In this document: piece by piece, positions 1 to 7,950 of the stretch
How the letters are laid out: every line of letters starts with the position of its first letter
Numbering within the stretch: the stretch's first letter is position 1
NCBI GenBank assembly: GCA_945787575.1
Contig: CALZKB010000003.1
Location: 19,207 to 83,206 of the forward strand
Direction of reading: 5' to 3'
Source of the DNA: Thermoanaerobaculia bacterium
Lineage (GTDB): Bacteria > Acidobacteriota > Thermoanaerobaculia > Multivoradales > JAHEKO01
Length of the DNA: 64,000 bases
Program-made: the position numbers and the translations under genes
The notes under the pieces: model-generated
The model's database searches: none
Seen by the model: the letters and a program-made list of their open reading frames with translations, nothing else
What the model was told of the DNA's origin: nothing

Positions 1-1
1 C

Positions 2-1918
2 TACTTTTACGGCGAGTCGCCTGATGACCAGTACGCGCCCGACAACGTTTACTGGCTGCGCCAGGGTCCCGGTGCACGGATGGGCGGGTGGAGCATGCCG
101 CCGAATTGGGGCGATGGTGAGCTCGCGGCTCATCGCGAGCGACTCCACTTCGAACAGGACCTGCTGCCGGCGACCGCCGTCGTCCGTGATCCGGAATCCG
201 ACTACTGGTTCTGGGAGGGAGTGCGCGCCGGCGATGACACGCAAGGCCGCAAGGAGTTCGCCCTCACCACACCCGGCCTCAGCCCGACGGGAGACGAGGG
301 TGAGCTGCAGATCGAGCTCTTCGGCGTCAGCGAGACGCCTGCCGCCGAGGACCATCACGCCGTGGTCCGGCTCAACGACATCGAGATCGGCGAGACGAGC
401 TGGGACGGGGTCGGCCGTCACGCGGCGACGTTCTCGTTCCCTGTCTCGCGGCTGCAGGAGGGGGAGAACCGCGTCGAGGTCGAGGGAATCCTCGACGGCG
501 GCGTTCCCTACAGCCTGTTCTTCGTCGACTCCTTCGACCTTTCCTACCCCCGGCGCTACCAGGCGGAAGGTGACCGCCTGACGTTCAGGCCCGACCGCGC
601 GGGCTCGGTGATCATCACCGGTTTCAGCAGCCCCGACGTGCGGGTCTATGACATCACCAGGCCGGAGCGGCCCCGCGTCGTCTCCGTCCAGCCCGCGGCG
701 CCGCGCTGGACACGGGGCGAGCCGGCGGGCGGCTCCGGCGACTACAGCGTTCGCCTGGCGGCGGTGAGCCCCGAGAGCGACTACCTGGCGATCGGCGTCC
801 AGGGGATCGCTTCACCGACGATCCGCCACCGGTGGATCGACCCGCGTTCCGACCTGCGCTCCCGCGACAACCGAGCCGAGTACATCGCCATTGCGCCGGC
901 CGGCCTGCGGGCTGCGGTGGAGACGCTGGTGAGCCATCACCGGCGCCATGGGCTCGACGCTCGCGTCGTCGAGCTCGAGGAGGTCTACCGGCAGTTCAAT
1001 CACGGTCTGGCGGCGCCGACCGCGATCCGCGACTTCTTGTCCCACGCCTACCACCAGTGGTCGGGAGCGCCGCGCTACGCCGTGCTCGTCGGCGCCGGAA
1101 CCTTCGACTACCTCGATCGGTTGGGCCACGGCGGAAACCTCGTGCCGCCCCTGATGGTGGCGACGCCCTGGGGTCTGTTCGCCTCCGACAACCGGCTCGC
1201 TGACGTGGTGGGCGACGATGGAGTGCCCGATCTGGCGATCGGCCGCATCCCGGTACTCAGCGGCGAGGAGCTCACGAGCTACGTGAGCAAGCTCGAGCTG
1301 TGGGAATCGTCCGGCGCTGGGCGCCGGGCGCTCCTGCTGGCCGACGACGCCGATGGCGCCGGCGACTTCCCGGCCGCCAGCGATGCCCTCGTCGAGCTCC
1401 TGCCGGCAGCTTGGCCGGTGGAGAGGATCTATCTCTCCGAGTACCCCGTATCGCAAGCTCGCGAGCTGCTCTTCGACCAGCTGGGTAGCGGCGCTTCGCT
1501 GGTCAATTACGTCGGCCACGGCGGAGTGAGCCGCCTTGCCCACGAGGGCCTGCTGACGGCCGCCGATCTTCCCCGGCTCCGCGAGGCCGGCAGGTCGCCG
1601 ATCTTCACCACCGTGACTTGCGTCGTCGGTCGCTTCGAGATTCCCGGCTTCGAGTCCCTGGCCGAGGCGCTGGTCGTCGCCCCCGAAGGTGGGGCGATAG
1701 CGGTCTGGGCGCCGACCGGCTTGTCACTCACCGGGCCGGCGTCGGATCTCAACCAAGCCTTCGCCCGGGCGCTGGCGGTCGATGACGTCGTCACCCTCGG
1801 CGATGCCGTCCGCTCCGCCCTGGCCGATTACGCCGGCGACGGCAGCCTCCCCGCGATTCTCCAGACCTACGGCATCACCGGCGACCCCGCCGTCCCCGTC
1901 CTCGCTGGCGCCGACTGA
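2..1918 (+). CDS. C25-family (gingipain/PorU-like) cysteine peptidase, 5' end outside window
   Basis: Frame open from base 2 (YFYGESPDDQYAPDNVYWL). Motifs: YAVLVGAGTFD, PDLAIGRIP, NYVGHGG (catalytic His), TVTCVVG (catalytic Cys), C-terminal YGITGDPA. Confidence 0.88.
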   Translation, partial: YFYGESPDDQYAPDNVYWLRQGPGARMGGWSMPPNWGDGELAAHRERLHFEQDLLPATAVVRDPESDYWFWEGVRAGDDTQGRKEFALTTPGLSPTGDEGELQIELFGVSETPAAEDHHAVVRLNDIEIGETSWDGVGRHAATFSFPVSRLQEGENRVEVEGILDGGVPYSLFFVDSFDLSYPRRYQAEGDRLTFRPDRAGSVIITGFSSPDVRVYDITRPERPRVVSVQPAAPRWTRGEPAGGSGDYSVRLAAVSPESDYLAIGVQGIASPTIRHRWIDPRSDLRSRDNRAEYIAIAPAGLRAAVETLVSHHRRHGLDARVVELEEVYRQFNHGLAAPTAIRDFLSHAYHQWSGAPRYAVLVGAGTFDYLDRLGHGGNLVPPLMVATPWGLFASDNRLADVVGDDGVPDLAIGRIPVLSGEELTSYVSKLELWESSGAGRRALLLADDADGAGDFPAASDALVELLPAAWPVERIYLSEYPVSQARELLFDQLGSGASLVNYVGHGGVSRLAHEGLLTAADLPRLREAGRSPIFTTVTCVVGRFEIPGFESLAEALVVAPEGGAIAVWAPTGLSLTGPASDLNQAFARALAVDDVVTLGDAVRSALADYAGDGSLPAILQTYGITGDPAVPVLAGAD

Positions 1919-2248
1919 GTTTGCACTATCGAGCCGGGTCTCGCTCTGGACCCAGAGGAGCGCGCCGGAGCGTTCGGAGCACGGAGTCCTCGAAATGGTG
2001 GCGGACGGCCTGCCGACCGAGGTGAGCGCGACAACCGGACTCCGGAGAGAGGTGAGGGGCCTTGGTGTCGCGATCGTGGTCGTCATGTCGCCGCCTCCAT
2101 TCGAGGCCCGGCCAAGATAGAGCCGGCCGGATTACAAGACCGTGAAGGACGGCGCGGTAACATCGGGCCGAGTTCTCGATCCAGCAGATCACTGACCGGG
2201 CGCTCCAGCTCCAGTTCGCGGTCTCGCCCGGAGGGTGCAAGAGAGGAC

Positions 2249-3157
2249 GTGCGAAGCGTGTCAACCTCGAACTCAGGGAGTCGACTCAAGGGAGCCCGGC
2301 TCACGCTCTGTCTCTGCTTCGCCCTCTCGGCGGCCCCCGCGCCGGGGCAGCTCCCGGCAAGCCCGAGCCTGGCGTCGTGCGACCGGGTCCTGCCGCCCGA
2401 CCTGCAACGGATCTGCGAGCGTGGAGTGCTGCGCTTCGCTCGTTACGGCGGTGAGCGGCCACCGTTCTTCGGCCGCACGACCGGTGGGTGGGTGGGCTTC
2501 GACGTCGATCTGGCGCGCGACATGGCGGCCCGCATGGGAGTGCGCTACGAAGAGAGCACCAGCGCCCGGTCTTTCGACGAAGTCGTCGACCAGGTGGCGA
2601 GCGGTGGTGCCGACATCGCGCTCTCCAAGCTCAGCGCTACCCTCGAGCGCGCTCTCCGGGTTCGCTTCTCGCGGCCCTATCTGACGGTCTATCAGGCGTT
2701 GCTCGTCAACCGACTGGCGGCGCCGCGCGCGACCGATCCATTCCGCGATCTCAACGCGCCGAAGTACTCGATCGGCGCCCTCGCCGGCAGTGCTTACGTC
2801 GGTTACGTGCGGACCAATCTGCCGCGCGCCGAGGTCCGGCCCTACACCGACTTCGATCTCATGATGGCCGACGTGGTCAAGGGGAATCTCTACGCCGTCC
2901 TCATGGACAGCGCCCGTGCCGACACCTGGCGCCGCGCCAACGCCGAGCAGCTCATTCAGGTTCGCACGACGATCGACAAGACGCGCAAGGATCCGCTGGC
3001 GATCGCCGTCGCCTGGGAGCACACTCACCTGCTCGCCTGGATCGATCTCTACCTCGAGACGATACGGGCCGACGGCACCGCCGAACGCCTCTACGAGAAG
3101 TGGTTCATCAACCGCCGGCGCGACGCCAGCGGTCCGTCGGAGGAGAGCTCGCAATGA
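2249..3157 (+). CDS. Family-3 (polar amino acid type) substrate-binding protein
   Basis: Signal-peptide-like N-terminus; PPFF...VGFDVDLARDMA, SATLERALRVRFSRPY, terminal DGTAERLYEKWF. Confidence 0.88.
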   Translation: MRSVSTSNSGSRLKGARLTLCLCFALSAAPAPGQLPASPSLASCDRVLPPDLQRICERGVLRFARYGGERPPFFGRTTGGWVGFDVDLARDMAARMGVRYEESTSARSFDEVVDQVASGGADIALSKLSATLERALRVRFSRPYLTVYQALLVNRLAAPRATDPFRDLNAPKYSIGALAGSAYVGYVRTNLPRAEVRPYTDFDLMMADVVKGNLYAVLMDSARADTWRRANAEQLIQVRTTIDKTRKDPLAIAVAWEHTHLLAWIDLYLETIRADGTAERLYEKWFINRRRDASGPSEESSQ

Positions 3158-4521
3158 GCGCCGCTCCGACCAAGAGCAGCTGGGAGAGCCTGCGACGGCT
3201 GCTGCCGATCGTCGTCGCCATCGTCGCCGGCGCCACCATCGGCAACGTCAGCGAGACCACGGGCAACTTCTTGGCTCCCTTCGGCGCGCTCTACCTGTCG
3301 CTCCTGCTCATGTGCGTGATCCCGATCATCGGTGCCGCCGTCGTCTCGAGCCTCGGCCGCCTCGTGGCCAACCACAAGTTGGGCAAGAACCTCGTGGTCA
3401 TCATCCTCGTCTTCTGGGTCGGCATGCTGCTCGCCGCGGCCATCGGCACCGGCGTGGGCTGGGTGACCGGGGTCGGCAGCGACCTGCGGGCGTCGCCGGT
3501 GCTCGGCAGGCTGCTGCTCGACATGGAGTCCATCTCCAAGACCGACGCCGGCACCACGGGCCGAAAGCTCGCCGGCGACGAGCGCTACGTCGAGCTCTTC
3601 GAAGGGCAGGCGATGCCATCGGCGTCGCCGGCGCCCACCGGCAGCGTCGGAGATCCCGCCGCCGAGAAGCCGCGCCTCGTGACCTACCTGGGCAATCTCA
3701 TCCCCAGCAACCTGGTCGCCGCCTACCTCGACGACAACTACCTCGCCGTGCTCTTCTTCTCGATTCTGCTCGGCGTCGCCGTCGGCTTCGTCCCGGCCGA
3801 GACTCGCGATCTTGCCCTGGGCGTCGTCGAGGCGCTCTTCGACTCGCTGCTGCGGATCATCTCGTGGATCATTTTTCTGCTGCCGGTGGGGCTGTTGTGC
3901 ATCGTCGCCGGCCAGGTAGCGGGCGGTGGGCTCGCCTTCGTCAACGTCTTCCGCAAGGTCATCCTGGTCGGCCTCCTGACCACGACGACGACCATGGCGC
4001 TGTTCACTCTCACCATCTCTCGAGTGCGCAGGATTAGCCCGCTCGCCGTGCTCCGGGAGCTGCGCGAGCCACTGATGGTCGCTTTCGCGACCTCGAGCAG
4101 CTTCGCCTCGATTCCGGCAGCCATGGTGGCGCTCAAGGAAGGCCTCGGCCTCAAGCGCGAGAACGTCAATCTCTTCCTGCCGCTCGGCATGACCATGAAT
4201 CCGATCGGTAGCGCTCTCTTCTTCAGCCTGTCGGCGATCTTCGTCGTCCAGCTGCACGCAGCGCCGGAGTCCGCCTTGGGCGCCACCAACTACCTGCTCC
4301 TCGTCTTCGGCTCGGTCCTCGCCAGCCTCGCCGCCATGGGTCTACCGGGGGTGAGCGCTCTGTGGATGCTCGGGCTAATTCTCGACCCGGTCGGCGTGCC
4401 GCCCGAGGTCGGCATCGTCGCCCTGCTCGCGGTCGCGCCCATCCTCGACCCGCTCTTCACCATGGTCAACGTGTACGGCAACTGCACCGCGACCACCATC
4501 CTCGATCGCTATTTGGGGTAG
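3154..4521 (+). CDS. Dicarboxylate/amino acid:cation symporter (DAACS/SDF) family transporter
   Basis: ATGA overlap with the SBP gene; many TM segments; IPSN, AFATSSSFASIP (HP1 serine motif), ILDPLFTMVNVYGN (TM8). Confidence 0.88.
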   Translation: MSAAPTKSSWESLRRLLPIVVAIVAGATIGNVSETTGNFLAPFGALYLSLLLMCVIPIIGAAVVSSLGRLVANHKLGKNLVVIILVFWVGMLLAAAIGTGVGWVTGVGSDLRASPVLGRLLLDMESISKTDAGTTGRKLAGDERYVELFEGQAMPSASPAPTGSVGDPAAEKPRLVTYLGNLIPSNLVAAYLDDNYLAVLFFSILLGVAVGFVPAETRDLALGVVEALFDSLLRIISWIIFLLPVGLLCIVAGQVAGGGLAFVNVFRKVILVGLLTTTTTMALFTLTISRVRRISPLAVLRELREPLMVAFATSSSFASIPAAMVALKEGLGLKRENVNLFLPLGMTMNPIGSALFFSLSAIFVVQLHAAPESALGATNYLLLVFGSVLASLAAMGLPGVSALWMLGLILDPVGVPPEVGIVALLAVAPILDPLFTMVNVYGNCTATTILDRYLG

Positions 4522-4598
4522 GCCGCTCGGAGCTCGCCCGTCTTCCGAGGGCGATCAGGGCGCAGGGAGCCCGCTGGAGAAGCGGTGCGATGAACCGC

Positions 4599-5399
4599 CT
4601 ATTGCGGGAGCTGATTCACGCTGGCGAGGAAGTCGAGCACCGCTTTCGTCGCTTCGAGCCAGGCCGTAGGCTCGCTGTGCGGGCAGTGCCCGGCCCCCTC
4701 GATCAGGTGCACGTCGGCCGCTGGCAGCGCCGCCCGCACCGTCTCGATCTCCCCTGGCTCGGTGCGCGGATCATCCGTCCCATGGAGGATCAGGACCGGC
4801 GGCGAGAGCTCGCCGAGCCGACCGTCGAAGAGATCCGGATGCGAGTGCGGCGCCGTCTGGATGAGGCGCCACGCGGCGCCTTCCAGACGAAGCAGCTGCT
4901 CCCAGTAATCCTCGCCATGCTCCCTCGCCAGCGTTCGACTCAGCCCCAGACCGAGCGCTCGGGGATCGGTGGCCATGGTCTCGAAGAACTCCCGGGACCG
5001 CGGCTTGGCCCGATCGAAGTGGAGCGCTTCGAGCACGATCGCCGCGCAGCGCGCCGGCGCCTCGAGCCCCATCCACGCCGCAATGCAGGCGCCGTCGCTA
5101 TGCCCCCAGAGCACCGCGCTCTCGACCCCGAGTGCATCCATGAGAGCGAACGTCTCGTCGGCCTCCCGGCGGTGGAAGTCGAGCGCAAAGGCCTCGAGCC
5201 GACGCCCCGAGCGGCCGTAGCCGAAGCGATCGGGGATCAGCACCTTGAAATCCGAGCCGAGCGCCTCGACTTGACGATCGAACGGATACACCGAGTAGCC
5301 CCAGCCGCCGTGGAGGTGAATGAGAGGGACATCCCCGTCACCGAGGATGCGGCAGTAGAGCTCGATCTTGCGACCGCTCGAGTCCAGCTCGACCCACAT
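4599..5399 (-). CDS. Alpha/beta-fold hydrolase
   Basis: HLHGG, PDRFGYGRS, GHSDG nucleophile elbow, HGTDD, AGHCPH. Confidence 0.9.
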   Translation of the reverse strand: MWVELDSSGRKIELYCRILGDGDVPLIHLHGGWGYSVYPFDRQVEALGSDFKVLIPDRFGYGRSGRRLEAFALDFHRREADETFALMDALGVESAVLWGHSDGACIAAWMGLEAPARCAAIVLEALHFDRAKPRSREFFETMATDPRALGLGLSRTLAREHGEDYWEQLLRLEGAAWRLIQTAPHSHPDLFDGRLGELSPPVLILHGTDDPRTEPGEIETVRAALPAADVHLIEGAGHCPHSEPTAWLEATKAVLDFLASVNQLPQ

Positions 5400-5465
5400 C
5401 CGATCGAGTCTAGCCCGCGGTGGGGCACTCGCGGCGCCACCCGCGGATGCTTCGCCACGGGGCCG

Positions 5466-7667
5466 CTAGGAGGTCTGTTGCCCAGCCTGGAGCGCTTGCC
5501 GGACCTTCTCCAAGTAGGTCCTAGCCTCGGCGAGAAAAGGATCGAGATCGAGGGCGCGCTCGAGCGATGCCTGAGCGTCGGAGAATCTTGCCAGGGAAAA
5601 CTCGCTCTTGGCGCGCAGCAGAAGGGTCGTCGCGCTGTCGCCGCTTCTCGCGACCAACTCTTCGGCGAGAACGATGACCGCCTCGTGATTGCCGGCGTCG
5701 TGGTGGGCGGCGATCAGCTCCGCGGCCTGCCGGTCGTTGAGCGGCAGATCTTCCGGCGAGTCGCCACCCAGTAGCGCGAGGGCGCTCTCGACATCGCCCT
5801 GTTGGCGATAGGCCGACGCGAGGAGGACCTTGGCGGTGACGCTCGGACTGCGCTCGTGGTAGGAGGTCGCCTCCTCGGTCGCCTGGTCGTGCCGGCCGAG
5901 CTGCCAGAGCAGATCGAGATATAGCTCGAAATCGTGATCGCTCGTCCAGCCGGTGGCGAACAGATCGCGGTAGGCGATGGCGCTCTCTCCGAGGCGATTC
6001 AGCCTGGCCAGAAAGTAGGGTTGGTAGGAGCGCGCGGCGGGAGATTCGAGAAGCGCCGCCCCGTTGGCCTCGAAGAACTCCATTCCGCCCGCATAGTCCC
6101 CGAGCTGGTCTAGCGCCGACAGCAGCTCTAGGCCGGTCTCCTCGGCCTTGGGCTCGAGGGCGAAGCTCTCGCGGAGCAGCGCGATCGACTCGTCGTGGCT
6201 GCCCCTCGAGAAGAGTTCTGCCGCCAGCTGCGTATACAGCCGCGCGTGGGCTGATCTCTCGCGCTCCTCCGCCTCGGCCCAGCCGCGTCTCGGTTCGTGA
6301 TCGGGGAACAGAACGACCTCGTCCAACAGCTCTTCGAGCTGGTACGACTCCGACTGGAGGTCACCGTCCCGCCAGGCCGCAAAGAGATAAGCGAAGTTGG
6401 CTGAGCGCCGGAAGCGAACGGAGTTGTCATAGGTCGAGCCGTCCACCGTGTCGGTGAACTCGAGATCGAGGCCAGAGACTCCTTCCTCGGAGACCGTCCG
6501 CCGGTGGTCCACGGCCACCGTATCGAGATCGACGTTCACTTCCAGCAACAGAGCTTTGACAAGATCGTGATCGGCAATCGGCACGTGAGGCAGGGCCAGC
6601 GGAACAACGGCGAAGGCAGCTCCCTCGGGCGTCAGCCCGCCGAAGTCGGCCGACGGAATCTCGTCGTGCAAGGTCGGCCACTCGAGCCACCGTTCGGGTG
6701 GGGTGAGCTCGTAGCCGTAGGGCGATTCTCTCGCCGCCAGGCGATCGGGAGTAGCGATTCGTTCGAGGTCGATGAGCTCGAAACCATGGAAGGCTTCGCG
6801 CGCCAACGTGGAGAACGGCTCGCGATCGGGGGTCGAAGGGCTCCACGCGACGAGCTGGTAGCTGAAGCCGTTGTGGACGGTCACGAAGTAGAGGTGATCG
6901 AACTCCTGGGCGTCGATGACGGTATCGACCTCGAGCTGCATGCCCCCGAGATCGCCGACCGAGGCGGCCGATCGGTCGATACGCTCCAGCGACTCCGACG
7001 CGGCCGCTACGTTGGCGGCGACGATGTCGGTAAGGGTGTCGAGGCCGACATCGAGCTCTTCGGCGATGATCATGAAGAAGACGGTCGGTCGGGTTCGCAG
7101 GAAGCCCACGGCGGCGTCCGGCGAGATCTCTTCGACGGATGTGAGGCGCTGCCACCCATCGGGAACCGTAATGCTGAAGTTCAACTCTTCGATCGCCACC
7201 TGCTCGGCCCTGCTCGTCGCTATCCGTTCGATCGGACTCGGTTCGGTGTCCGGGAAAAACGCGGCAGCCGAGACGAAGACGTTGCTGGAAATGACCGGCA
7301 GCCAGAGGCAGGCAAGCGCGATCCCCCACCAGCCTTGCTTCGAGCCTTGTGTCCAACTCGTCCGGTCGCGCCGGATCTCGCGAACACCCCAAATGCACAT
7401 GACGAGAGCCACGAGGTTGACGACCCCTCCGAGATTGGCGAGGCCCAATCTGAGCAGCCTGGCGTCGGCGCCCACTCGGCCGTCGGTGGCGAAGCCGACG
7501 AGAACGGTCGTCTCTAGCCCGAGAATGAAGAGGCCGAGTCCAACCGTGGCCTTCGAGTTGGTCCCGTCGCGCCTGGCGATCGAGAAGCACTTGAGGGCCA
7601 GAAGAACCAGCAGCGCGGCGAAGAGAAACGGGAGGGCAGCTCCGAGCATCGATCCGATCATGACCAA
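5466..7667 (-). CDS. Membrane protein: N-terminal TMs, periplasmic domains, C-terminal TPR repeats
   Basis: Four hydrophobic N-terminal segments; TPR-like helices (LERALDLDPFLAEARTYL). Start uncertain within about 7649-7667. Confidence 0.7.
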   Translation of the reverse strand: MVMIGSMLGAALPFLFAALLVLLALKCFSIARRDGTNSKATVGLGLFILGLETTVLVGFATDGRVGADARLLRLGLANLGGVVNLVALVMCIWGVREIRRDRTSWTQGSKQGWWGIALACLWLPVISSNVFVSAAAFFPDTEPSPIERIATSRAEQVAIEELNFSITVPDGWQRLTSVEEISPDAAVGFLRTRPTVFFMIIAEELDVGLDTLTDIVAANVAAASESLERIDRSAASVGDLGGMQLEVDTVIDAQEFDHLYFVTVHNGFSYQLVAWSPSTPDREPFSTLAREAFHGFELIDLERIATPDRLAARESPYGYELTPPERWLEWPTLHDEIPSADFGGLTPEGAAFAVVPLALPHVPIADHDLVKALLLEVNVDLDTVAVDHRRTVSEEGVSGLDLEFTDTVDGSTYDNSVRFRRSANFAYLFAAWRDGDLQSESYQLEELLDEVVLFPDHEPRRGWAEAEERERSAHARLYTQLAAELFSRGSHDESIALLRESFALEPKAEETGLELLSALDQLGDYAGGMEFFEANGAALLESPAARSYQPYFLARLNRLGESAIAYRDLFATGWTSDHDFELYLDLLWQLGRHDQATEEATSYHERSPSVTAKVLLASAYRQQGDVESALALLGGDSPEDLPLNDRQAAELIAAHHDAGNHEAVIVLAEELVARSGDSATTLLLRAKSEFSLARFSDAQASLERALDLDPFLAEARTYLEKVRQALQAGQQTS

Positions 7668-7726
7668 TCACGAAGCAGGGTGCCAGGCCTGCAAGATGCA
7701 AGTTGGCTCGAATCTGCGGCTGAGCT

Positions 7727-7831
7727 TCAGGCCACGTGCACGCCAAGCGCGAACGCGCCGGCGAGCAGGGCCAGCCAGCTCACGAACAGCAACAGCACTC
7801 CGCCGGGCTCGATGACGATGGGTCGGTTCAC
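7727..7831 (-). CDS. 34-aa single-TM small protein (not in ORF track)
   Basis: GAGGAGGT RBS 5 nt before GTG; MNRPIVIEPGGVLLLFVSWLALLAGAFALGVHVA*. Confidence 0.55.
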   Translation of the reverse strand: MNRPIVIEPGGVLLLFVSWLALLAGAFALGVHVA

Positions 7832-7950
7832 GGGTTACCTCCTCACCCGAGTAAGCGACATCGGCCACGAATCGCTGCAGCCGACGCTCGCAAACCGGGT
7901 GCGCCGGCCGCGGGGAATCCCGAGGTCTCAGAGGACTGTTGGAGGAGGGC

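Noticed and set aside
1919-2248. Possible small gene or structured RNA between the C25 and SBP genes
   Set aside because: Hairpins and a minus-strand SD/ATG at 2086 exist, but there is no convincing product or RNA family motif.
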